A stretch of 24,000 nucleotides of DNA from Porticoccaceae bacterium LTM1 (lineage in GTDB: Bacteria > Pseudomonadota > Gammaproteobacteria > Pseudomonadales > Porticoccaceae): assembly GCA_030252795.1 (NCBI GenBank), contig CP127080.1, forward strand, positions 328,536 through 352,535. Reading direction: 5' to 3'. Below, one piece after another: positions 17,420-24,000 of the stretch. The notes beneath the pieces are model-generated. The model did no database searches, was not told the origin of the DNA, and saw only the letters and a list, made by a program, of their open reading frames with translations. A program made the position numbers and the translations under genes. Every line of letters begins with the position of its first letter. Position 1 is the stretch's first letter.

Positions 17420-17830
17420 TTAATCTACTTCGAAGTGTTTGTGGGCTTTTTGCTTGGTTTCGCGGAAAGTGCTGACAATCTTCATGGCACCATCTTTATC
17501 GCCCGCCTCAGCCAGCTTCAATGCCTCGTCAACCTTGGCAATAAAGTTGTCCATCCCTTTGGTGTAATCAGCGAGTTTGGGAGAGTTAGCGCCAAGAACA
17601 GTTGGGATCTCATCACGGTTTTTCTCGCTGAACTTCTTAACTTTGGTGAGGATTTTGGCAACGTCGTCAGCGGTTTCTGCGGAGCGCAAACCGCGCAGGG
17701 TGCGACCCACTTGTTTGAAATTTTTGGAGACTACACTGTCTTCCGCCGGCTTGGCGGCATAGGTGGTGGGGGCAATGGCGAAAGTTCCCAGCAGGGCGGC
17801 AGCAGACAGCAGTTTAATAACATTACGCAT
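17420..17830 (-). CDS. cybC: Periplasmic cytochrome b562-family four-helix-bundle protein.
   Basis: Signal peptide MRNVIKLLSAAALLGTFAIAPTTYA. The C-terminal half VDEALKLAEAGDKDGAMKIVSTFRETKQKAHKHF aligns residue for residue with E. coli b562 [34 protein letters not shown]. The ATG at 17830 is preceded by GGAGAGG; the track's 17893 start adds 21 implausible residues. Confidence 0.75.
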   Translation of the reverse strand: MRNVIKLLSAAALLGTFAIAPTTYAAKPAEDSVVSKNFKQVGRTLRGLRSAETADDVAKILTKVKKFSEKNRDEIPTVLGANSPKLADYTKGMDNFIAKVDEALKLAEAGDKDGAMKIVSTFRETKQKAHKHFEVD

Positions 17831-17975
17831 GGGTGGTGTTACCTCTCCAATATAATCGGTATTTTTATATATGATCAGCCCGCTGCTGATCAAAGATCGT
17901 CCAGTTTACAAAGTTGTTTGCTTTGAACAAGAGGGGCGCGTGTAAAGGATTGTTAAGACAGCCCCAGCCAGTGTT

Positions 17976-18572
17976 TTAGAGTTGTATATCCAGTTCATTG
18001 TGGATTAACACAACACATTGTGATGCAAACAGCATTTTGGGGCCGAGGCTGATTTTTTCGGCTCCGAGTCTTTTCAGGCTGTTGAAGCTCTTTTTCGGCA
18101 TTGGAATATGGTCGGTCAATAAAAAGCACGGGTTATCTGGGAGCTCAATATCGCGGATAGAGGTGCCTTTTTTATCCATGATATACAGCTGGTGGGTCTC
18201 CGCCAGCTCTTGCACCAGTTTCTCAAAGCTCAGGGTTCGCACCCGAATGCCCGGTGACACCAGTTTATCTGTCTCTTTTGCCATGCCGACTGAGGCGTCC
18301 AGTGCTTTGGCAACCAAAGTGAGCAGCGCCTGTTCATGGAAGCCACCTATATCGCGCATCTCGCTGGCGGTAAAGCTGATAGTGCGTGAGAAGTCCGCTG
18401 TGCTCTCCAGTACCAGATGCATTGCAACGTCATCGCGATGAGACTGGGCGGTGAAAATTGCGTTCATCAGGCTGTGTGCCAACACTTCCGGATGGGCGCT
18501 GTCGCCGATGCTGGCCAGCAACTTGCGGCTGTCAGTGGAAGCGGCGCGGGCACGAAGGACAAAGGTTCGCAT
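17976..18572 (-). CDS. trmY: TrmY-like SPOUT methyltransferase (DUF358; homolog of archaeal tRNA pseudouridine54 N1-methyltransferase).
   Basis: MRTFVLRA..., SHRDDV, SPGIRVRTLSFEKLV, NPCFLLTDHI, ISLGPKMLFASQCVVLIHNELD run collinear with M. jannaschii TrmY ([59 protein letters not shown]) as I recall it. Confidence 0.78.
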   Translation of the reverse strand: MRTFVLRARAASTDSRKLLASIGDSAHPEVLAHSLMNAIFTAQSHRDDVAMHLVLESTADFSRTISFTASEMRDIGGFHEQALLTLVAKALDASVGMAKETDKLVSPGIRVRTLSFEKLVQELAETHQLYIMDKKGTSIRDIELPDNPCFLLTDHIPMPKKSFNSLKRLGAEKISLGPKMLFASQCVVLIHNELDIQL

Positions 18573-18737
18573 AAGAGCTCATTGTGATCAGGTGATAATT
18601 TGGTGCGGAATTGTAGCACCATTCCTGCAAACGGCTTTGTGGATTAAGCCTGGCTTGGTTCATGGTTTTAATCGAGAACGGTGCTACTATCAGTTGCAGG
18701 ACAACATTTGTTTCAAACTATTCTCAAAGGAGTCGAG

Positions 18738-19619
18738 ATGTCTTATATCAAGTTTTTGCGCTCTCTGATGGTTTTGCCACTGCTGATGCCCGTTGTAGCC
18801 TCAGCGGAATCTCCCGTATGGAAAGTGACCAAAGGTGACGAAGTGGTCTATGTGGGAGGGACGATCCATGTACTTAACCAAAATGATTATCCACTGCCGA
18901 CTGTTTTCGATACTGCATATCAGAATTCCCAAAAGCTGGTCTTTGAAGTGGATACAGAGGCAATGAACTCACCTCAGATGCAGCAGAAAATGGCTGCCCT
19001 GATGATGAATACAAGCGGTGAAAACTGGTTGGATCTTCTGTCTGAAATGAATCGTAAAAAATTGACTGAGGAAGTTACAAAACTGGGGCTGCCACTCGGA
19101 CAATTATCTGCTATGAACCCTAATTTTGCGATCTTGATGATTTATCAAATGGATATGGTGAAGAAGGGCCTCGTGAATGCTGAAGGTGTTGAAAAGTTTT
19201 ATACCCGCCAAGGCAAGAAAGATCAGAAAAGTTTTGGGCACCTTGAGACTATCGAGCAACAGTTGGCATTGTTGAGTAAAGATCCAGACGAAAACTTTGA
19301 CCAGGATGTTGGCTATTTTCTCGAAAAGATGGCGGAGACCGAGACCATATGGAATGACCTGAGGTTAGCCTGGCGAACGGGTGATTTTGATACGCTGGAA
19401 AAATTGACCATTGACGAATTTAAAGAATATCCGGATGTGTACGATGAATTTCTGGTTGAGAGAAATCACAATTGGATTCCTCAAATCGAAGCTATGTTTG
19501 ATGCAGAAGGCATTGAGTTTGTGATGGTGGGCGCTGCGCACTTGGTGGGTGAGGATGGGGTTCTGAAATTATTAAAAGAAAAAGGTTATCTTGTGGAGCC
19601 GTTAAAAAATTCACAATGA
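18738..19619 (+). CDS. TraB/GumN family protein, secreted.
   Basis: Signal peptide MSYIKFLRSLMVLPLLMPVVASA. Family motifs VYVGGTIHVL and MVGAAHLVGEDGVL. AAGGAG lies 6 nt upstream of the ATG at 18738. Confidence 0.8.
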   Translation: MSYIKFLRSLMVLPLLMPVVASAESPVWKVTKGDEVVYVGGTIHVLNQNDYPLPTVFDTAYQNSQKLVFEVDTEAMNSPQMQQKMAALMMNTSGENWLDLLSEMNRKKLTEEVTKLGLPLGQLSAMNPNFAILMIYQMDMVKKGLVNAEGVEKFYTRQGKKDQKSFGHLETIEQQLALLSKDPDENFDQDVGYFLEKMAETETIWNDLRLAWRTGDFDTLEKLTIDEFKEYPDVYDEFLVERNHNWIPQIEAMFDAEGIEFVMVGAAHLVGEDGVLKLLKEKGYLVEPLKNSQ

Positions 19620-19640
19620 TTTTAAGTTGAAATTGTAATG

Positions 19641-19672
19641 AAAAATGCCCCGTGAATTCCGGGGCATTTTTT
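19641..19672. terminator. Bidirectional Rho-independent terminator between convergent genes.
   Basis: A5, stem ATGCCCCG (19645-19652), 7-nt loop, stem CGGGGCAT (19660-19667), then a T-run to 19672. Confidence 0.85.
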
Positions 19673-19696
19673 CAGGTGTTTTGAAAGCCGACAAGC

Positions 19697-20749
19697 TCAT
19701 AGGCTTTTTATTGCTTGTGCTAACCGTTTCAAGACCGGCAGCGTATCTTCAAGTGACAGGCAGCCGTCGGTAATGCTCTGACCATATACCAGTTCCTGCC
19801 CTGACGTTTGATTCTGACTGCCACCTACGAGATGGCTCTCCAGCATCACGCCGCGAATGGCAGTCTCTCCCCGCTCTATTTGTTGAGCTACGGCCTCTGC
19901 AACAATTGGCTGACGGCTGGGGTCCTTTTGACTGTTGCCGTGACTGCAATCGACTATCAGGCTTGCCGATACACCGCCGCCTTCCAGTTTTTGCTTCGCA
20001 TCTGCAATGGCATCGGCGTCGAAGTTTGGGCCACTTACGTTACCGCCACGCAGGATCAGGTAACAGTGCTCATTACCACTGGTCTCAAGGATTGCGGGAG
20101 AGCCCTCTTTGGTCAGCGATGGGAACCAGTGGGAATGGCTGGCAGAGCGGATTGCATCTACCGCTACCTGTATATCGCCATCAGTGCGATTCTTGAAACC
20201 TACCGGCATCGACAGCCCGGAAGCCAGCTCGCGATGTACCTGGCTTTCAACAGTGCGGGCACCAATGGCGGCAAAGCTGACCAGATCGGCGTAGTACTGA
20301 CCTATTGTGGTATCGAGAAATTCAGAGGCGGCAGGCAGGCCCAGTTCAGCAACATCCAGCAGTAGCTGCCTTGCCATGCGCAGACCTTTATTGATTTTGA
20401 AGCTGCCATCCAGGTCAGGGTCGTTGATCAATCCCTTCCAGCCGATAACAGTGCGGGGTTTTTCAAAGTACACGCGCAGGACAATGAACAGCTCGTCGCT
20501 GTATTCGGCCGCGGCTTCTTTCAATTGACGGGCGTAGTCAAGGGCTGCCTTGGGGTCGTGGATAGAGCAGGGACCAACCATTACCAGCAGTCGTTTGTCC
20601 TTGCCGCTGAGGATATCTTCGATAGTTTTCCGGGATTCAGCTATCAGCTCAGCACTTTCATCAAGCAATGGCAATTCAGTACTGAGAATTGCTGGTGCCA
20701 GCAGTGGTTGGCTGTGGCGAATCCGTAGATCATCGGTACGGGTGGTCAT
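19697..20749 (-). CDS. 3-deoxy-7-phosphoheptulonate (DAHP) synthase, class I (AroF/G/H family). The isozyme cannot be assigned.
   Basis: DDLRI, LLVMVGPCSIHDP, RVYFEKPRTVIGWKGLINDP, GARTVESQVHRELASGLSMPVGFKN and VMLESHLVGGSQ run collinear with E. coli AroG. Confidence 0.95.
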   Translation of the reverse strand: MTTRTDDLRIRHSQPLLAPAILSTELPLLDESAELIAESRKTIEDILSGKDKRLLVMVGPCSIHDPKAALDYARQLKEAAAEYSDELFIVLRVYFEKPRTVIGWKGLINDPDLDGSFKINKGLRMARQLLLDVAELGLPAASEFLDTTIGQYYADLVSFAAIGARTVESQVHRELASGLSMPVGFKNRTDGDIQVAVDAIRSASHSHWFPSLTKEGSPAILETSGNEHCYLILRGGNVSGPNFDADAIADAKQKLEGGGVSASLIVDCSHGNSQKDPSRQPIVAEAVAQQIERGETAIRGVMLESHLVGGSQNQTSGQELVYGQSITDGCLSLEDTLPVLKRLAQAIKSL

Positions 20750-21063
20750 GCTGTTTTTCCCAGGGCAGTTCAGTCAAAGTGCAAATTGTAACATCCGTAA
20801 TGTGACAAGTGGTGATCAAGGTCAATTAGGTTGGTTTGTAAGTTGTTAAAAAGTAAGAAAAAATGCTTTATGGATAAAGTAATTGAGGGGGCGATGCTGT
20901 CTGTAGAGAGTGCGATGCAGGCAAAGGTAGGTACCAAAGCGCTTTGAGGGTCTATATCTACAATTTGACTACCAATTAACTAATGGCCAGGGTAAAAGCT
21001 GCCCAGGGATGATTGATGTGCTTGTTGCCTTTATATGGTGAGTAGTAAGTAGCGGATGAAGGG

Positions 21064-21099
21064 AAAAAATTTTCGGGAGTTGGAGGTGGGCTATTCGTA
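21064..21099 (+). promoter_or_regulatory. Candidate ECF-type promoter upstream of the sigma gene (A-tract, TTCGGGAGTTGG, N11, TCGT).
   Basis: The exact 12-mer TTCGGGAGTTGG (21072-21083) and TCGT (21095-21098) recur with identical spacing at 22793-22804 / 22816-22819. Confidence 0.45.
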
Positions 21100-21107
21100 T
21101 ACCCTTT

Positions 21108-21139
21108 AGGAGAGTTATATGAATATAAGCAGCGAATGA
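21108..21139 (+). promoter_or_regulatory. Candidate 6-codon leader ORF (MNISSE) with a strong SD, overlapping the sigma start by ATGA.
   Basis: AGGAGAG at 21108-21114; ATG at 21119; TGA at 21137-21139, overlapping the ATG at 21136-21138 of the sigma ORF. The sigma ORF has no SD of its own. Confidence 0.3.
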
Positions 21140-21732
21140 ATCGGTCAACAGGTAAGGTAATTAAACTGTCTCGAACGAAGAATGACTCCAGGTCACAGCC
21201 TCTGCTGGAGTTATACCGCGAGCACGGTCATGCCGTGGTCAACTTTGTTCGAAGGCGTACACTAGGCATTGGTGAAGATCCAGAGGATATCGCCCAGGAG
21301 GTATTTGCCAAAATCTCGGCCCGAGACCAATTCTGGATAGGTGAAGATAAAGATAAGCATAACATTCGGGCTTACTTGTTTAGCATGGCTAACAACCTGA
21401 TTGTGGACTTACAGCGTCGTCAACAGGTTCAGTTTCGATACCTCCAATCTGAGAAAGATAACAGTACTCCAGAAGATGAATGGAATCAGGATTCCCCAGA
21501 GGACCTGGTGATGCTGGACAGCTATCTCAAAGTTTACAAACAGGTTCTGGCTGACCTGAAGCCGTCCTGGAGGCAAGTATTTTTGTTGCGCCGATTCAAA
21601 TACATGTCCTATCGACAGATTGCTGAACATTTAGGGTTGACAGAGAAAAAGGCAGAACATTATTTCAGGCACGCGATAGTGCGCCTGAAAGCTGCCAGGG
21701 ATAAGTTGGACCGGGCTGGAGAGGCAAAATGA
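21136..21732 (+). CDS. ECF (FecI-like) RNA polymerase sigma-70 family factor.
   Basis: Region 2 (LLELYREHGHAVVNFVRRR..PEDIAQEVF) and region 4 HTH (WRQVFLLRRFKYMSYRQIAEHLGLTEKKAEHYFRHAI). A FecR gene overlaps the stop. Confidence 0.88.
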   Translation: MNRSTGKVIKLSRTKNDSRSQPLLELYREHGHAVVNFVRRRTLGIGEDPEDIAQEVFAKISARDQFWIGEDKDKHNIRAYLFSMANNLIVDLQRRQQVQFRYLQSEKDNSTPEDEWNQDSPEDLVMLDSYLKVYKQVLADLKPSWRQVFLLRRFKYMSYRQIAEHLGLTEKKAEHYFRHAIVRLKAARDKLDRAGEAK

Positions 21733-22763
21733 GCGGCACATCAACTAAATTCAGAAAAGTACTGGTGGCCAACAGTGCTAGAAAACTATTCGATGAGGTT
21801 TCTGAACAAGATCATGCTGAGTGGTTTGAACGAAAGTGCCAGTCGGATGAACAGTTTGCCAAAGAGGTGATGGAAACCTGTGAAATGCTAGCCGATATCC
21901 AGGGGTTAGAAACAGATACAGATGTACGGACTTGGCTTGACGAAGCTGTCGAGAGTAAGGTCGTTTCCTCGCCGAAACGGATCTGGCCGTGGCTGTCTGC
22001 AGCCGCCATGATTTTACTGGCGGTTGTGCTTTTGCCGATCCAGCCTTGGTTTGATGAGAATGGAGAGGCTGAAGAATTGGCGCGTTATGTGACGCGAGTG
22101 GGTGAGCAAAAAGAGGTGTTGCTAAGCGATGGTACCGAAATCATCCTGAATACAGGAACACAGCTATTGGTCGATTTCAGGGCGGATAGTCGAAGAGTAC
22201 TTCTGGAGCGTGGCGAAGCAAATTTTGCTGTCTCAGCCGATTCTGAACGACCATTCAGTGTTGTGATGGGGGATAAAGCGGTTTCAGTATTGGGGACGGA
22301 ATTTGTACTGCGGAAAGAGCCGGAAAAATTTCAGTTGGCAGTCACGGAAGGTGTGGTAGTTCTGCATGATGTTGATGAACAGATATTTGCTGCTGCTCCT
22401 GCAATTGGAGTTGAAGATAGAGAGACATTATTTGATCAGAGAAAAGTTTCTGCTGGTTGGGTGGTGACTTATAGCGCGGTGGCAGAATCTTTGATGGCAG
22501 AACATAAAGTGGACCTTGATAAGTTCACAAGTTGGACTCGAGGTGTCATCCACTTTTCCGGTGAGCCACTTTCTAAAGTTGTTTATGAATTGAATAGATA
22601 TACGGGTAAAAAGATCCTTATAGAAGAGGCTGAGTTGATGGGTAAGCCAATAAATGCTTCTCTTCGGGTTGATAGGGTTTCTTCAGCGTTAAAAGGATTG
22701 GAGAAATCCTACTCCTTGAAAGTGACACACCATTTTGATCGTATTGTTATTTCCAATAATTAG
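21729..22763 (+). CDS. FecR-family anti-sigma / transmembrane sensor.
   Basis: The ATGA overlap with the sigma gene suggests translational coupling. A single TM (WPWLSAAAMILLAVVLL) is followed by a FecR domain (VGEQKEVLLSDGTEIILNTGTQL..., LERGEANFAV, VLGTEFVL). Confidence 0.88.
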   Translation: MSGTSTKFRKVLVANSARKLFDEVSEQDHAEWFERKCQSDEQFAKEVMETCEMLADIQGLETDTDVRTWLDEAVESKVVSSPKRIWPWLSAAAMILLAVVLLPIQPWFDENGEAEELARYVTRVGEQKEVLLSDGTEIILNTGTQLLVDFRADSRRVLLERGEANFAVSADSERPFSVVMGDKAVSVLGTEFVLRKEPEKFQLAVTEGVVVLHDVDEQIFAAAPAIGVEDRETLFDQRKVSAGWVVTYSAVAESLMAEHKVDLDKFTSWTRGVIHFSGEPLSKVVYELNRYTGKKILIEEAELMGKPINASLRVDRVSSALKGLEKSYSLKVTHHFDRIVISNN

Positions 22764-22786
22764 TATGTTGGATTTAAAAAAGTTTC

Positions 22787-22820
22787 AAAAAATTCGGGAG
22801 TTGGCATGTCGCTTCTCGTC
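22787..22820 (+). promoter_or_regulatory. Candidate ECF-dependent promoter of the TonB-dependent transducer gene.
   Basis: AAAAAATTCGGGAGTTGG-N11-TCGTC. Same 12-mer and spacing as the motif at 21064-21099. Confidence 0.45.
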
Positions 22821-22895
22821 TACTTTGTGGAAGGCATCAATATTTGCTTTCCCAATAATTGGAAATTAAACAATATATTTGGGTAGGTGGGTAAA

Positions 22896-24000
22896 GTGAA
22901 AGAGAAAAAGTATCCGTTTGTACGTAACGTTTTGTGTTCAGGCGTCAGTGCCGCTATCTTTTTGATGGCGACCTCCACTCTGGCCGATAAAGGCAGTTTG
23001 ATGGAGCTGGAAGTCAGTCGCCAGAGTATACAGGAGGTTTCAAAAAGATTATCTGAACTGTCCGGTGTCCAGATTGTATTTTCGGAAGGGGTTGCAGTTT
23101 CCACAAAAGTATCCGGGCTGAAAGGTGAATATACTCTTGATGACGCACTTGAAAAGTTGCTCTGGGGTACTGGCCTTTCCTATGAATACAATTCAGAAGA
23201 TCTGGTGATTATTAAAGAAGCCCAAGAGGGTTCTGAAGCGAAGAAAAAAGATGAGGAAAAGGTAGAAGAGATTGTAGTGACCGGGAGTCGATTGATTACC
23301 GATCCTGGAAAGATGACGCGCCAAATGACTGTGATTGATCGTGCCGAGCTCGAACGAAGTGGTGCTACTCGACTGGATGAGTATCTGCGCCGATTGCCAC
23401 AAAATATTAATGCCCCCACCAATACCGGGTCTGGTTTTCCAGATACTGCCTGGGACAGTGATTTTGGTATGGGACCCAATGCCTTTGCTGGTAGCAGTGT
23501 TAACCTGAGGGGGCTGGGGGCACAGTACACTCTGATTCTTATTAATGGTCGTCGGCCGGCTCGAGGCGGATTGTTCGGTGGCATTACCGATATCAGCAAT
23601 ATTCCTGTCGAGCGGGTCGAGAGAATTGAGATTCTCTTTGACGGTGCGGCCTCTATTTATGGTGCCAATGCGGTAGGTGGTGTGGTCAATATCATTACCA
23701 ACCGGGAGTACGAAGGCACTGATTTTACCTTGACGTATGCTGGCACCACTGAAGGTGGTGGAGATCGATACAATTTCAATCTTGGGCATACAATTAACTG
23801 GGAAAATGGCTCACTGACTGGGACTCTAAGTTATCAGACCCAGAAGCAAATAGAGGGCAGTCAGCGTCTTGGTATGGGGTTAGGAAATCCAGGCAGCCCC
23901 CCTGCACTAGATCCATCCTCACCGGGAAATATTCGCGGAAACATTCCTTACGGTACAAATGACGCGTCAGTATTGATGTGGGTTAGGGATGTGGATGGCG
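22896..24000 (+). CDS. TonB-dependent receptor of the transducer class (N-terminal signalling/STN domain plus plug). The 3' end lies outside the window.
   Basis: Hand translation of frame 3 from the GTG at 22896 (AGGTGG 5 nt upstream) gives VKEKKYPFVRNVLCSGVSAAIFLMATSTLA (signal). Next comes an STN-like segment (SIQEVSKRLSELSGVQIVFSEG...LDDALEKLLWGTGLSYEY). The TonB box region is EEIVVTGSR and the plug motifs are VNLRGLGAQYTLILINGRR and IEILFDGAASIYGANAVGGVVNIIT. The frame is open to the window end. The gene is absent from the ORF track because no stop is reached. Confidence 0.88.
   Translation, partial: MKEKKYPFVRNVLCSGVSAAIFLMATSTLADKGSLMELEVSRQSIQEVSKRLSELSGVQIVFSEGVAVSTKVSGLKGEYTLDDALEKLLWGTGLSYEYNSEDLVIIKEAQEGSEAKKKDEEKVEEIVVTGSRLITDPGKMTRQMTVIDRAELERSGATRLDEYLRRLPQNINAPTNTGSGFPDTAWDSDFGMGPNAFAGSSVNLRGLGAQYTLILINGRRPARGGLFGGITDISNIPVERVERIEILFDGAASIYGANAVGGVVNIITNREYEGTDFTLTYAGTTEGGGDRYNFNLGHTINWENGSLTGTLSYQTQKQIEGSQRLGMGLGNPGSPPALDPSSPGNIRGNIPYGTNDASVLMWVRDVDG

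Noticed and set aside
17411-17926. 171-aa plus-strand ORF.
   Set aside because: It is antisense to the cytochrome b562-like gene, which shows residue-level similarity to a known protein. The antisense product has no features.
20787-20807. TGTAACATCCGTAATGTGACA upstream of the DAHP synthase gene, considered as a TyrR box.
   Set aside because: TyrR boxes are TGTAAA-N6-TTTACA (TGT-N12-ACA). Here the TGT and ACA are separated by 15 nt and the half-sites do not match. The overlapping TGTTACAAT on the minus strand is more simply an extended -10 element, and I hold even that only weakly.
19808-20849. Multiple 61-185-aa plus-strand ORFs.
   Set aside because: All lie antisense or off-frame within the DAHP synthase gene or its upstream region. 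DAHP synthase identity on the minus strand is unambiguous.
20935-20946. Perfect 12-bp palindrome CAAAGCGCTTTG in the same intergenic region.
   Set aside because: One 12-bp palindrome in about 390 bp is not far from chance expectation. I could link it to no known operator consensus.
20870-20947. 25-codon ORF (MDKVIEGAMLSVESAMQAKVGTKAL) in the 386-bp aro/sigma intergenic region.
   Set aside because: It has no Shine-Dalgarno, no recognisable features and no supporting context. It cannot be distinguished from chance.
22802-22817. TGGCATGTCGCTTCTC considered as a sigma-54 (-24/-12) promoter.
   Set aside because: The -12 element lacks the required GC (TTCT instead of TTGC). The paralogous motif copy at 21081-21096 has no TGGCA. 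The shared pattern fits an ECF promoter better.
22820-23789. Three minus-strand ORFs (94, 139 and 198 aa) listed in the track.
   Set aside because: They lie antisense to the TonB-dependent receptor gene. The plus-strand frame has signal peptide, STN, TonB-box and plug motifs, and is missing from the track only because it has no stop inside the window.

Overview
No rRNA or tRNA genes, CRISPR arrays, transposases, integrases or recognisable phage or defence genes were found. The window reads as gammaproteobacterial-style chromosomal DNA, with operons, REP-like palindromes and A/T-flanked hairpin terminators, and its composition is mosaic. I support 22 protein genes. Left to right: the 3' end of a 2-oxo-acid dehydrogenase E2 gene plus an LpdV-like E3; a small lipoprotein; a secreted peroxiredoxin-like CxxC protein; and two tandem paralogous double-FtsX (MacB-type) permeases that are visibly AT-rich. 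Next is an Lrp/AsnC regulator divergent from a three-gene sulfur module: a SufS-like class V PLP enzyme, a TauE/SafE exporter and an ETHE1-type persulfide dioxygenase. Then come a class I glutamine amidotransferase, an MFS transporter, a two-domain TlpA-like thioredoxin protein, an AraC regulator, and a cytochrome b562-like / membrane cytochrome b pair. The window continues with a TrmY (archaeal-type SPOUT) homolog, a TraB/GumN protein and a class I DAHP synthase. It ends with an ECF sigma / FecR / TonB-dependent transducer cell-surface signalling unit. The receptor runs off the window and is missing from the ORF track. Non-coding features visible by eye are a (GTGAGAC)x6 tandem repeat, two copies of a GC-rich REP-like inverted-repeat family (one between E2 and E3, one nested in a roughly 200-bp palindrome between convergent genes), two strong bidirectional terminators, and a 12-nt motif with identically spaced TCGT shared by the sigma and receptor upstream regions. 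The best candidate for an undescribed system is the Lrp-controlled desulfurase / persulfide dioxygenase / sulfite exporter cluster. The orphan low-GC permease pair and the bacterial TrmY homolog come next. All functional calls rest on hand-recognised motifs and remembered family sequences; no searches were run.
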